Source: Promethearchaeota archaeon (lineage in GTDB: Archaea > Asgardarchaeota > Lokiarchaeia > Sigyniarchaeales > SOKP01). From it: a stretch of DNA of 64,000 bases. Positions 20,607 to 30,951 of the stretch are shown here, one piece after another (the first letter of the stretch is position 1; each line of letters opens with the position of its first letter). The stretch is taken from assembly GCA_048937405.1 (NCBI GenBank), contig JBHLNF010000006.1:96001-160000 (forward strand), written 5' to 3'. The position numbers were made by a program, and so were the translations under genes. The notes below the pieces were generated by a model. That model had not been told where the DNA came from. It did no database searches and saw only the letters and a program-made list of their open reading frames with translations.

Positions 20607-21527
20607 ATGGAACGAAAGATAGTAGGTATAGTATCGGGGAAAGGAGGAGTAGGCAAAACTTCACTAACGGCTTCATTAGCGAGTTTGGCACAAAAGGATA
20701 TAAAAACCCAAGTTATTGTTATGGATTGTGATGTTGATGCTCCAAATTTAGCTATAATCCTTCCTGCTATAGATGAAGCAAAAATAAGAAAGGAAGACAC
20801 TTTTGCTACAAGAAAAGCTAAATTTCTTGAAGATCAATGTGTAAATTGTAAAAAATGCATTGATGATCACTTCTGTGAATTTAATGCTTTAAATTGGAAC
20901 AACCAAAATTCAATTCCAATAATTGATTTTTTAAAATGTGAAGGATGTGGGGCATGTAGAGTTTTATGTCCAGAACATGCTTTTGAAATCAATACTGTAA
21001 AAAGTGGAGAAATTATTTCATATATTAGTAAAATTGGATTTCCCCTAATTTATGGAAAAACACGATTAGGAAGTACAACTTCTGGAAAATTGGTATCAGA
21101 TGTTAAAGAATATATAAACAATTCAAAAGATATCAATAATAGTAATTTAATTTTAATTGATGGGCCCCCAGGAATTGGTTGTCCTGTAATTGCAACTGTT
21201 TCAAATTTAGACTATGTTATTACTATTTCTGAACCTACACCTTCAGGTTTGCATGACTTAATACGTGTAATAGAAGTTATTCAACATTTTGGAATTCCAT
21301 TTGGTTTGATTATTAACAAATCTGATTTAAAAAGTCCATTCACAGAAGAATTTCAAAATTTTATCTCTAATACAGGATATACAAAATTAGGAGAAATTCC
21401 TTTTGATTTATCAATACCAAAAGCAATGTCTTATGCTGAACCTGTGGTCGAATTTGCTCCTAATTCTAAAGCAAGTATAGCTATTAAAAACATTTTTGAA
21501 AATCTAAAAAAAATACTGTGGGAATAA
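20607..21527 (+). CDS. MinD-superfamily P-loop ATPase with inserted ferredoxin (partner)
   Basis: SGKGGVGKT, DCDVDAPNL, CEGCGACRVLCP, DGPPGIGCPV, EPTPSGLHDL. Confidence 0.88.
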   Translation: MERKIVGIVSGKGGVGKTSLTASLASLAQKDIKTQVIVMDCDVDAPNLAIILPAIDEAKIRKEDTFATRKAKFLEDQCVNCKKCIDDHFCEFNALNWNNQNSIPIIDFLKCEGCGACRVLCPEHAFEINTVKSGEIISYISKIGFPLIYGKTRLGSTTSGKLVSDVKEYINNSKDINNSNLILIDGPPGIGCPVIATVSNLDYVITISEPTPSGLHDLIRVIEVIQHFGIPFGLIINKSDLKSPFTEEFQNFISNTGYTKLGEIPFDLSIPKAMSYAEPVVEFAPNSKASIAIKNIFENLKKILWE

Positions 21528-21580
21528 TATTAATTGAAAAAAATTGTCTTATGTTTGAATTAGAAAAAAAAAATCAGAAT

Positions 21581-22000
21581 TCAAATAAATTCTCTAACAA
21601 AATAATATACATTACCTGAATTACATTTAACACAATTAACTTTTGTATCTTTTGATGCAGTAGGATCTTCCCATTCATGATTACAATTTAAACATCCATA
21701 ACCTTTAAAACTTAATTTATAATCAAAATTTCCTCCATAAACTTTAATAGCTTTCCCCTCGATTAATGCGAGAGTATTTTTTTTATGAGCACTCTCAAGA
21801 ATTCTTGAGAATGTAGGTTGACTAATACCCATTCTTTCGGCTGCTGCTTTTTGATTCAAATTTAAATAATGTTTTAATCGCATAGCTTCAAATTCAGCAA
21901 TAGTTAAAGTTATTGATTCTTCAGTAATAATTGATTCTTTAGAAAAATAAAAATTATTAGGGGGTTGATTAACCCATCTTCGATGTCTTCTTCTCCCTAT
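21581..22000 (-). CDS. DUF134 (UPF0251) predicted DNA-binding protein with C-terminal Zn ribbon; ATA start
   Basis: Frame continues upstream of ATG 21883 (GRRRHRRWV...LTIAEFEAMRL) to an in-frame TGA at 22007-22009; QKAAAERMGISQPTFSRIL HTH; CLNC/CVKC. Confidence 0.85.
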   Translation of the reverse strand: MGRRRHRRWVNQPPNNFYFSKESIITEESITLTIAEFEAMRLKHYLNLNQKAAAERMGISQPTFSRILESAHKKNTLALIEGKAIKVYGGNFDYKLSFKGYGCLNCNHEWEDPTASKDTKVNCVKCNSGNVYYFVREFI

Positions 22001-22177
22001 ACCAAATCACCAAAAAGATAGTTATAAACTATTGTTTCTAATTTATTCACTATGTAAAATTATTAATTCAAGTTTTTATTATTAATTATTCAAAATTATT
22101 AAAAGATTTTTGTCAGGAAATTTTGTAATTAATCAAATCTCATGATTGTTTTTCCTTTCAACCTATTTTTGTGCTTG

Positions 22178-22212
22178 AAAAATAATTATTCATATTATGA
22201 ATAATTATTCAT
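22178..22212. promoter_or_regulatory. Tandem palindromic operator (one partial, one perfect ATGAATAATTATTCAT at 22197-22212)
   Basis: Between the divergent DUF134 and NifX-like genes. Confidence 0.7.
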
Positions 22213-22268
22213 AAAATATAAATACAATTGTAAATTAATAACAATATACATAATAAAATGAAAAAAAA

Positions 22269-22676
22269 ATGAAAATCGCTATTAGTACAGATTCAGGAAA
22301 TGTTTGTGCCCATTTTGGTCGAGCACCAGAATTTACTTTTATTACAATAGAAAATAGTAAAGTAGTAGATAAAAAGATACTTCCAAATCCAGGTCATACA
22401 GTAGGAAGTATACCACAATTTGTACATCAACAAGGAGCAAATTGTTTGATTGCAGGAGGTATGGGAAGAAGGGCTGAAGCTTTTTTTAATGAGTATGGAA
22501 TTGACGTTATTATTGGAGTTACTGGAAGAATTGATGATGTTATTCAACAAATACTGGACGGAACTCTAAAGGGTGGGGAGAGTTTATGTGCTCCTGGGGG
22601 TGGAAAGGGATATGGAGTTGAAAAAATCCATACTGAAGCTGATGACGATCACGAGCACCATCAATTTCATGGATAG
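22269..22676 (+). CDS. NifB/NifX-family protein with His-rich tail
   Basis: CAHFGRAPEF, NPGH, AGGMG, DDDHEHHQFHG. Confidence 0.9.
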   Translation: MKIAISTDSGNVCAHFGRAPEFTFITIENSKVVDKKILPNPGHTVGSIPQFVHQQGANCLIAGGMGRRAEAFFNEYGIDVIIGVTGRIDDVIQQILDGTLKGGESLCAPGGGKGYGVEKIHTEADDDHEHHQFHG

Positions 22677-22762
22677 AAATAATATAACTGATATATTTGA
22701 AAAGATAATATAGTATTTATTTCCTCTTTGTTTTATAAATCATTTTTAGGTTCAAGTTTCAT

Positions 22763-22972
22763 TCAATAATGAAGTTCTTTCTTTATTTCACCATTGGGTA
22801 ACATATTATCAGGATGACACTTTCCACTTTCTTCTAGTTTATATCTTATACACTCTTTATTTCCTATTAGACAATAATTCTCAACCCATTTTCGATCAAG
22901 TTTTCCATGATCAACAAAATACTTAATTGGGCAAACAGAATACCATTTACATATTCTATTTTCGTTTTTCAA
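22763..22972 (-). CDS. Small conserved Cys-rich protein
   Basis: CKWYSVCP...WVENYC...CIRY...HPDNMLPNG. Confidence 0.7.
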   Translation of the reverse strand: MKNENRICKWYSVCPIKYFVDHGKLDRKWVENYCLIGNKECIRYKLEESGKCHPDNMLPNGEIKKELHY

Positions 22973-23261
22973 TTTTAATTGTGTTCCCCAGTTAAATCAA
23001 AAAATTCGTATAATATAGACAATAATAATTTTTTTAAATATTTTCCTTAACACTTTTTCCCCTTTATTCTGACTATAATAGTTAACTGCTTTTTAGTAAT
23101 AATACTTTATATATAGATAGATTATCATTTTTATCGAAATTAATATTTTTATTAAATGAGAGCAATAAATGGATGATAAATTATATCTTTTAGCAAGTAA
23201 TTGGATTTCCGAATCAAAGCATTCAGTGTAACTATTGAAGCATTCAGTAGTTTAATTCTTA

Positions 23262-23699
23262 TCAAATAATTTCTGGTAAAATAGCATTACATGGGCAGGA
23301 TTTAAAACATTTTAAGCATTTAAAGCAGTTTTGAAATTTCCCTTCTTGGAATTCAATCCATTTATGCCCTGATTTTTTGTTTTTTTTTAATAAAAATAAA
23401 TTTTGAAAGCAAAAATTCTTCTCAATACAGACTTCGCATAACTTACATCTTTCTTGATTAATACGAAAACCAATTAATTTTCCTTCTTTAATTGAAATAA
23501 CCTCAATAGCACCATGTTCACATACATCTACACATTTTAAGCATCCTTGGCATTTATCATAATCCACATATCGCCGAGACTCCTTAAAGAAGATTGCCTT
23601 ACTTGGGCAACTATAGGAGCATCTTTGACATAGAACACATAGGTTTGGATTAATACTTATTGGAAAGAGTCTTTCATTTTTCATTATTATCTTTAACAA
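23262..23699 (-). CDS. Polyferredoxin (4x[4Fe-4S])
   Basis: Four CxxCxxC motifs. Confidence 0.85.
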   Translation of the reverse strand: MLKIIMKNERLFPISINPNLCVLCQRCSYSCPSKAIFFKESRRYVDYDKCQGCLKCVDVCEHGAIEVISIKEGKLIGFRINQERCKLCEVCIEKNFCFQNLFLLKKNKKSGHKWIEFQEGKFQNCFKCLKCFKSCPCNAILPEII

Positions 23700-23764
23700 A
23701 TATAATGACTTAAACGAATTAATTTCATATACATAAGAAAAAAAAAAGAAAGATAGAATAATTT

Positions 23765-24274
23765 TTATTTTCGAATTTGTACTTTAGGTTGAATCTTAGA
23801 AGCTCCACCAAAATTCGTAATTACAGGGCAATGATTAAAAACTTTATCCATTAGTTCATTGATTTTTTCCTCTGGGGCATCTGCTTTAATTCTTATAACT
23901 GGTTCCAATTTATCATAACCAGCTATTTTTGAATCATCAATACCAAAAATAGCACCTAAATTTATATGACCCCTAGAAAAAACTTTTAATTCTTCGATTT
24001 TAATATCCATAATTTTTGCCCAAAATTTAGTCACAGCAATAATACAAGCACCAATAGAAGATAAAATAACTAATAATGGAGAAGGTCCTTTATTTGATCC
24101 ATCTAATCCACCAGGGGCATCTATTAATAGCTCAAAAGGGTCACCCGCAGGATTACCCATTGTGCATTTAACTTGCATACCTTCTGAAAGCATCTCGCAT
24201 TCAATGTTAAAGTTCTTTTCTCCAGCATTCCAATCTGCCTTGATGGCATCATACGTTTCTTTAAAACTTGGCAT
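23765..24274 (-). CDS. OsmC/Ohr family protein
   Basis: DAPGGLDGSNKGPSP...GAC...HCPV. Confidence 0.85.
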   Translation of the reverse strand: MPSFKETYDAIKADWNAGEKNFNIECEMLSEGMQVKCTMGNPAGDPFELLIDAPGGLDGSNKGPSPLLVILSSIGACIIAVTKFWAKIMDIKIEELKVFSRGHINLGAIFGIDDSKIAGYDKLEPVIRIKADAPEEKINELMDKVFNHCPVITNFGGASKIQPKVQIRK

Positions 24275-24319
24275 TTAAATTCATCTACTCTAATTTTAAA
24301 TTAATTATTTATTTTCATA

Positions 24320-24709
24320 TTAATGAGTGTGAGTATGTTCTGAGTTACTCGCGCAACTGGCATTAGCAAGTTGTGTTAAATTTCCCTCTAATAACATTTT
24401 AATATTTTTTTCAATAGTTCCGTTAATACCCTGAAATAAATTTATGTTAACTTGTTGAAAACCCATAAACGGACGCATCCCTATACCAGATAGAATCATA
24501 TCAGTAACATTTCTTTGTTTCATGTTCAATACTGGTTCCATACAGCCAGAATGTCCATTATTAGGTAATGCGAAGATTTTTTTGTATTTCATACCATCAT
24601 AGATTTCAATTCCAACAAAATAATTACAATGTCCAAAATGAGCCGAGATGTTATCAGAGATCTCAAGCCCATCAGAAGGAATTCCTATAATTCGTTTCAT
24701 TTTTCTCAC
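24320..24709 (-). CDS. NifB/NifX-family protein
   Basis: SAHFGHCNYF, HSGC, GIGMRP, HTHTH tail. Confidence 0.88.
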   Translation of the reverse strand: MRKMKRIIGIPSDGLEISDNISAHFGHCNYFVGIEIYDGMKYKKIFALPNNGHSGCMEPVLNMKQRNVTDMILSGIGMRPFMGFQQVNINLFQGINGTIEKNIKMLLEGNLTQLANASCASNSEHTHTH

Positions 24710-24746
24710 ACTTTTTTTGAAATATTTTAGAAAAAAGTTATAATTT

Positions 24747-24894
24747 TTGAATAATTATTCTTAAAACTTAAACTTAATCATAAAATTTATCTTTTGGAAA
24801 AAAAAAATTTCTTTTCATGAATATTTATTCATAATCTTTAAATTGTTCGCAAACCCTATATAATATATTCAATTGATAATGAATATTCATTCAG
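24747..24894. promoter_or_regulatory. Three copies of the TGAATAWWYATTC operator
   Basis: TTGAATAATTATTCTT 24747-24762, ATGAATATTTATTCAT 24817-24832, ATGAATATTCATTCAG 24879-24894. Confidence 0.65.
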
Positions 24895-24925
24895 AATAAT
24901 AGCAATTAATAAAAGAAGAAAAAAT

Positions 24926-25120
24926 ATGAGAAGTTATAAAGAAATAATACAGGATGATATTTTCCATGCCGATGATGAATATCTTGTTGATTCAAAAGTA
25001 TATAAAATGTGCTGGGGTTGCGAGAAGAAATATAAATCAGGGCATATGGTTTGGGATAGTTCCAAATTCCGGAGAATTTTTCTTTGTGAAGATTGTTTTT
25101 CAAAATTAAAAAGAAAATAA
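24926..25120 (+). CDS. Small CxxC...CxxC metal-binding protein
   Basis: CWGC and LCEDC in a 64-aa ORF downstream of the operator sites. Confidence 0.6.
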   Translation: MRSYKEIIQDDIFHADDEYLVDSKVYKMCWGCEKKYKSGHMVWDSSKFRRIFLCEDCFSKLKRK

Positions 25121-25386
25121 TTTCTCTCAAATATTTCAGGTGATATATTAGATTTATTACCTTATTTTTTTTTCTGAATTTCCTTTTTCTACTAATAGAA
25201 GAAAAAAAAAGATGAGTTTTGTTTATTTGAATAAACTATAGTAAGAAGGATTTTTTTTCTACTATTATACTATTAAATAATTTCAAAATATGATGTGATG
25301 GATGATATTTCATATTAAAAAAATAACTTATCTTTTCAATAATCGCATTTTCATTTTTTAAATAAATAATGATTTGTTGGAATCAT

Positions 25387-27657
25387 TTATCTATAAATTT
25401 CTTCTGGAGTTTCTTTAATAGACTCCCTATATGATTTAATTGCATTATCTGCACTCATTTTAATTTTTTTTATAGCTTCTTTAAAATCTTTTTGAGAAAT
25501 TTTAATATTAGAATAATCTTTAGGATTAGATACATCAATATCGGTTTGAAAAACTCCTTTTCGAATTGCTAAAATTGTAGCCTCTTCACATATTGCTTTT
25601 ATATCCGCACCTGAATAACCTTCCAATTCTTCAGCTAATAAGTCAATATCAACATTTTCATCAATAGGACGGTCGTTTAAATGAATTTTGAATATTTGTA
25701 TACGTGATTGTTTATCGGGTAATGGAATTTCAATGTGCCTACCAAACCGTCCTGATCTTAATAATGCAGGATCTAACAAATCAGGTCTATTTGTAGCTGC
25801 AATTATGATAACATCATTCAATTCTTCTAAACCATCAATTTCCGTTAATAATTGAGCAACAACTTGCTCTGTCACTTTAGAGCTTGAGGATTCCGAACGT
25901 TTAGTAGCAATAGCGTCAATCTCATCAAAGAAAATGATACATGGTGTCGATAAGCGTGCTTTTCGAAATGTTTCTCGTACAGCTTTAGCACTTTCTCCTA
26001 CCCATTTTGACAAGAATTCAGAACCTTTAACAGATATAAAATTTATCTCTGTTTCATGAGCAAGAGCTTTAGCTAATAAAGTTTTTCCTGTACCTGGTAC
26101 ACCATACATTAAAATACCACTAGGGGGTTTAGATTTCATGTGTTTATAAAAACCAGGGTATTTCAAGGGCCATTCAATAATTTCTTTCAATTGTAGCTTA
26201 GCTTCTTCTAGTCCACCAATGTTATTCCATCCTTCATTAGGTTGAGTGAATAATACCTCTCTTAAAGCAGAGGGTTCTATACTATTTAAGGCTTCTATAA
26301 AGTGTCTCATTTTAATATTAAGTTGATTTAGAATTCCTTCTGGAATAGGTTTATCCAAATCAATTTTAGGAATAATTTCACGAATTGCAAGTATAGCAGA
26401 TTCTTTGCAAAGTGATTTAATATCTGCTCCAACAAATCCATGAGTCTTGTTAGCTATTATTCTTAGATTCACATCATTATCTAATGGCATTCCTCTAGTA
26501 TGAATTAACAAAATCTCATATCGACCATTGCTATCAGGAACCCCAATTTCAATTTCTCTATCAAATCTACCTGGTCTTCTTAAGGCAATATCAATAGTAT
26601 TTATTTTATTTGTAGCACCTATAACAATTACCTCCCCTCTTCCTTTTAAACCATCCATAAGAGAAAGTAATTGAGCTACTATTCTTGATTCAACTTGATT
26701 CTTTCCTTCATCCCTTTTTGGAGCAATAGAATCTAATTCATCCAAAAAAATTATAGAAGGTGCATTTGATTTAGCTTCTTCAAAAATATTCCTTAAGTTT
26801 TCCTCACTCTGACCAAAAAATTTACTCATGATTTCAGGACCACTAATACTAATAAAGTGAGCATCGGTTTCAGAGGTAACTGCTTTTGCTAATAATGTTT
26901 TTCCAGTACCAGGAGGACCGTATAAAAGTACGCCTTTAGGTGGTTCTATTCCTATTTTTTTAAATAATTCTGGATGTCGTATTGGTAGCTCAATTATTTC
27001 TCTAATCTTTTGAATTGTATCTTCTAAACCTCCAATATCCTCGTATGTTACTTTTTCACGAATTTTTTGTAATTTTTTTCCTATATCACTTATTTCTTCA
27101 TATTTTACCTTTCTATCTTTAACTTCATTAATTTCTTCAGCTTGTTCTGTGAAAATTATTTTCGTATTCAAATTGATTATAACCGCTTCTGATTTTGGAG
27201 TATAATCTACAACAACTAAATCAATTCTATGCCCCATTGCATAGAAACTAAGACTATCATTTATTGATATAACTCTTTTTTCTAATTTCCTTGCTAAAGC
27301 TTGAGGATCACGTGGGATTAAATAATGAGTTAGACCTGTAAATGTAATAGTTTCGGCAGGATTTGCATTAATCTTTTCAATTTCTACTAAATCATCAATT
27401 GATGCACTTAAATTTCTTCTTAGAGAAGGATCAATTCTAATAACTCGCTTTCCAATATCCTCATCTTTACCTGATAATAATTTAGCAACTGTTATTCTAT
27501 CTATAAAAGGATGTGTAATTCTAATAATATCACCCACTTTTAATTTCAGTAAATTAATTATTTCAGGATCTACTCGTACTATTCCCCTCCCTGCATCCTC
27601 TTTAAATGCATCTTTAATTCTTAACTTTAATTCTGAATCTTTACTCTCCCTAATCAA
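25387..27657 (-). CDS. cdc48: Cdc48/VAT AAA+ ATPase
   Basis: DAGRGIVR N-domain, two AAA modules ([25 protein letters not shown]), C-terminal HbYX (IYR). Confidence 0.93.
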   Translation of the reverse strand: MIRESKDSELKLRIKDAFKEDAGRGIVRVDPEIINLLKLKVGDIIRITHPFIDRITVAKLLSGKDEDIGKRVIRIDPSLRRNLSASIDDLVEIEKINANPAETITFTGLTHYLIPRDPQALARKLEKRVISINDSLSFYAMGHRIDLVVVDYTPKSEAVIINLNTKIIFTEQAEEINEVKDRKVKYEEISDIGKKLQKIREKVTYEDIGGLEDTIQKIREIIELPIRHPELFKKIGIEPPKGVLLYGPPGTGKTLLAKAVTSETDAHFISISGPEIMSKFFGQSEENLRNIFEEAKSNAPSIIFLDELDSIAPKRDEGKNQVESRIVAQLLSLMDGLKGRGEVIVIGATNKINTIDIALRRPGRFDREIEIGVPDSNGRYEILLIHTRGMPLDNDVNLRIIANKTHGFVGADIKSLCKESAILAIREIIPKIDLDKPIPEGILNQLNIKMRHFIEALNSIEPSALREVLFTQPNEGWNNIGGLEEAKLQLKEIIEWPLKYPGFYKHMKSKPPSGILMYGVPGTGKTLLAKALAHETEINFISVKGSEFLSKWVGESAKAVRETFRKARLSTPCIIFFDEIDAIATKRSESSSSKVTEQVVAQLLTEIDGLEELNDVIIIAATNRPDLLDPALLRSGRFGRHIEIPLPDKQSRIQIFKIHLNDRPIDENVDIDLLAEELEGYSGADIKAICEEATILAIRKGVFQTDIDVSNPKDYSNIKISQKDFKEAIKKIKMSADNAIKSYRESIKETPEEIYR

Positions 27658-27734
27658 ATATTATCCCTCCTTTCTGATTTATTTATGAAAATAAAAAATT
27701 TAAAAAAAATAATTTAAATTTATTTTCTCATTCT

Positions 27735-28730
27735 CTATTTTTTTAGAAGTTCCTTAGCAACCTTAAAAGCATAATTATAATCAAAAATTTTTAGTCCCTT
27801 TGTATTTGAAGCTTCTTTTAATATTTGACTTTCTGAGTTAGTTTTGAGACGACCTAAAGCTAATGCCCCAATTCCGAAAATTCCAGGATATATCTCATCA
27901 TTCTTATGTTTCGGCTTAAGGCCTTCTATACCATATGGTGGCACTAAATTAATATCTACAACAATTTTTTTGTTAGGCAACTTTTCCATCCATTCTTGAG
28001 TTAGAATTTCAACACCTGCAGCTGCTAAAGACCATATAATATCCGCATCCTTTACAATATCAAATCTTTGTTTAATTAAAGGAGCAAAAAGACCAGAAAT
28101 TTCTGTTGCTCCTTCTCCTGCTTCTTGAGTGAGGTCTTTTGCTAATTTTTTTATAAAATCCTCATTAGATTTATCCCATGTTTCCACTAAAAACGTATTG
28201 CATCCGATCTTAGAAGCTAAAATCGCAGCTATTCTACCAACTGGACCCGCTCCAAATATTACTACTTTTTTACCCTTTAAATTCTTAATTCCATGTTTTC
28301 TATTAGCTATATCCAAAGACATTGCAACTACAGCGGAAGCTGTAGTATGAGATCCTCTAGGATCAATTATAATAGGACATTCAAAAGGTGGGACTAAGGA
28401 TTTTATTGCAGCTTTTGCTATCTTCTCACCTTCTTTAACGTCAGAACCTCCAATAAAAAAAGTTGTTGGTGCATTAGGTTTACGAGAAAATATAGCATCT
28501 TGTATTAATTTTGGTATATATTCGGCTTTCATTTTACTGATAGGTATTACAATATCAAATCCTGCATCATATGCCATATTTATATCAAAAGGAGATGCAT
28601 TATTATCAGTATCAAAGAAGTAACAAATTTTATCCATTGTATCTTTCTTTTTAATGATAATCGGAGTTAATTCTATTATTGATTTTCTTCCTAAAATACT
28701 TTCAACCTCTCTTTCAACCATTTCTATCAA
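27735..28730 (-). CDS. NAD(P)-dependent methylene-H4MPT dehydrogenase (MtdA/MtdB-like)
   Basis: ASPFDINMAYDAGFD, QDAIFSR, DPRGSHTTA, GAGPVG, DINLVPPYGIEG. Confidence 0.85.
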   Translation of the reverse strand: MIEMVEREVESILGRKSIIELTPIIIKKKDTMDKICYFFDTDNNASPFDINMAYDAGFDIVIPISKMKAEYIPKLIQDAIFSRKPNAPTTFFIGGSDVKEGEKIAKAAIKSLVPPFECPIIIDPRGSHTTASAVVAMSLDIANRKHGIKNLKGKKVVIFGAGPVGRIAAILASKIGCNTFLVETWDKSNEDFIKKLAKDLTQEAGEGATEISGLFAPLIKQRFDIVKDADIIWSLAAAGVEILTQEWMEKLPNKKIVVDINLVPPYGIEGLKPKHKNDEIYPGIFGIGALALGRLKTNSESQILKEASNTKGLKIFDYNYAFKVAKELLKK

Positions 28731-28765
28731 CCCTTTTTTTTATATATAAAAATAAAATTTAAAAT

Positions 28766-29494
28766 TTAAGAAATTTCAACTCCTAAATCTTTTTCAAATA
28801 TTTCCTTTACATCTTCAGTTTTAATTGTCCTTTTTATTCTTACTTGTTCGACTTCAATACCTAATTCTTCTGAAAGTTTTTCAAGACCATTGAAGTGATT
28901 AATATCGCAAATAAACATCGCTTTGAAATTAGTTGCTTCTATTTTTTTGGCAAGATTTAAAATTTTCATCATCATCCATGCTTCTCGAACTTTATATCTT
29001 ATTTCATTTTCTTGAAATTTATAATCTTGTTGTAAATAGTCCTTCCATAATACAATTCGATTAAAAGTATCATCATTATTAGGAATACTTCCATCATTTT
29101 TTATGATTTCCTCAATTTTTATACCTAGATGCTGAATCATGGTTCTATGCTCTTCTAAAGCGGATGAAAGATATAATTCAGCATTTTCTGAAATATCAGC
29201 ATAATCGAAAGGTATATTTCGCATTTGAAATAACTTTTTTAAAGGATCCTCTGAATTATTTGTAGTATTCCAAAAATTTGGTCTTTCTTCCAAAGCAATT
29301 TTGGGATTATATTTTTCAATTAATGAATCAACTAATTGAATATATTCCTTAGAAATTAATCGAAGATTCCAAAAAAGATCTTCCTTTAAAGTCTTAGGAA
29401 CATCAAACCACCAATCGATAGGAAATTCACTTTCTATCAATATCAATTTTAACTTTTTATTTTTTAAAGGTTTTAATTCTAATACTTCTGGCAT
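28766..29494 (-). CDS. Hypothetical protein, possible TraB/EreA/ChaN-like fold
   Basis: NPKIALEE...VREAWMM...FICDINHFNGL; N-terminus shared with the upstream gene. Confidence 0.45.
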   Translation of the reverse strand: MPEVLELKPLKNKKLKLILIESEFPIDWWFDVPKTLKEDLFWNLRLISKEYIQLVDSLIEKYNPKIALEERPNFWNTTNNSEDPLKKLFQMRNIPFDYADISENAELYLSSALEEHRTMIQHLGIKIEEIIKNDGSIPNNDDTFNRIVLWKDYLQQDYKFQENEIRYKVREAWMMMKILNLAKKIEATNFKAMFICDINHFNGLEKLSEELGIEVEQVRIKRTIKTEDVKEIFEKDLGVEIS

Positions 29495-29519
29495 TTTTTA
29501 TATCCCCTCTTTTTTTTTA

Positions 29520-30137
29520 TTAAAATATAATATTTTGTATAGTATGTTTTTTATTATAGGAGATTACTTTTACTCCTAATTCTCTTAAATTTTCAACTAT
29601 TTGTGGACAAATGTCTTCACATATATCCTCTTGGACAAAATGAACAAAAAATATTACATCTTTTTTGAAAGATAATGCTAAATCTAACATTTTTTTAACA
29701 ATCCATTGAGGTCTTAGCTTTAAGCTAAGATATATTTCTCTTTCTTGAATTTCTTCGCCTAACATATCAATCCAATTTTTTAAACTTAAACCTTTATAAG
29801 AATCTTTATCTTCCATATTTTCATATTCTTCAAACAATTCATTTTGAAACTCCTGTTTCTCGAGAATTTCTTGGTATAAATATCCCATCGCATAATCTGG
29901 AATATCTACTTGAAAATATGGAATATTTAATTCATTTAATATTTCAGCAAATTGAGTTTTGCTAAATTCTTTCATATTTACTTGAAAGTCTACCGTAACG
30001 AAATCTATATGATTCTTTTTTAAAAATTCAGCTAATTTAGAATGATCGTCATTTTGAAAATATTTAGCATTTTCTTTAGAAGACATATACACAACAATCT
30101 TCTTATCCTTTACTGGTTTTAACTCTAATACTTCCAT
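29520..30137 (-). CDS. Hypothetical protein, paralog of the downstream gene
   Basis: MEVLELKPVKDKK vs MPEVLELKPLKNKK; NIPYFQVDI vs NIPFDYADI; SD GGTGA. Confidence 0.6.
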   Translation of the reverse strand: MEVLELKPVKDKKIVVYMSSKENAKYFQNDDHSKLAEFLKKNHIDFVTVDFQVNMKEFSKTQFAEILNELNIPYFQVDIPDYAMGYLYQEILEKQEFQNELFEEYENMEDKDSYKGLSLKNWIDMLGEEIQEREIYLSLKLRPQWIVKKMLDLALSFKKDVIFFVHFVQEDICEDICPQIVENLRELGVKVISYNKKHTIQNIIF

Positions 30138-30304
30138 TTTAAATATTCACCTTCAAATTTAATTTCTATTAAATTAAATTTAATACATTGATTAAATATT
30201 CTATTAATTTTTCCTAGCAACCTAAAAAAAAGGTTTGCTTTATTCCAATTAAGATATAAATAAAAAGAAATTTAAGTAGTTTGATAAGGTTTATTTTAAT
30301 TAAT

Positions 30305-30324
30305 TTGACAATAATAATTGTCAA
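30305..30324. promoter_or_regulatory. Perfect inverted repeat TTGACAAT-N4-ATTGTCAA
   Basis: Read directly in the divergent intergenic region before the Hdr operon. Confidence 0.55.
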
Positions 30325-30951
30325 TATTTTATTTTAGTGATTTTTGTATTCATGAGAAGAAATGAATTTTATACATTCTTACAGATTTTTATACATATTT
30401 TGAAGTATAATTTGAAAATTATTCTAATCATAATATTTTGAAATTCTTTTTTTTTAATGAGTAATAAATTGAAATAAATTTCTAAAAAATATTGATATTA
30501 TTGAATATAATTTAAAAAAATGTTTTTATATTAGTTTAAAAATTTCTAACAATATTGGAGAATCGACAATATATTATTGGATTGGGAAATGATTATTATT
30601 GAAATTATTGATTATATTCATATTAATGTGAATAGAATATATTCATTTGATATTATATTTATATTGAGAATCATCAAATTGATCTTTTTTCTACTTCTAA
30701 ATTTGACTTTGATTAATGAGAGTATCTTCTTCGCTAACTAAAAGTTAATATTTTTATATCTTGATTACCATTCTAATCATGATGATAAATAATTTTTTAA
30801 AAAAAAATCATTTATTACAATTTCGCTCAGGATTGTTAATATTCAACAAAAATGAATCCAAATTAAGAGAGTTAATTTAAAATATAAATAAAATTATGAA
30901 ATTGGAGTTTTTAGATTAAAAAAAAAATAGATTTTTAAAATTTGAAATATC

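Noticed and set aside
19188-24709. Nitrogen fixation inferred from NifB/NifX/NifU-like genes
   Set aside because: No nifHDK; these stand-alone domains are common in non-diazotrophic anaerobes
14929-24750. Shared 19-mer AAAAAGTTATAATTTTTGA at about 14929 and 24732
   Set aside because: Reads as BRE+TATA on the minus strand of two promoters; an ordinary promoter element rather than a repeat family
30138-30951. Long AT-rich spacer as a hidden RNA gene, origin or CRISPR
   Set aside because: No GC-rich structured segment, regular repeats or adjacent cdc6/cas genes; consistent with a divergent promoter region
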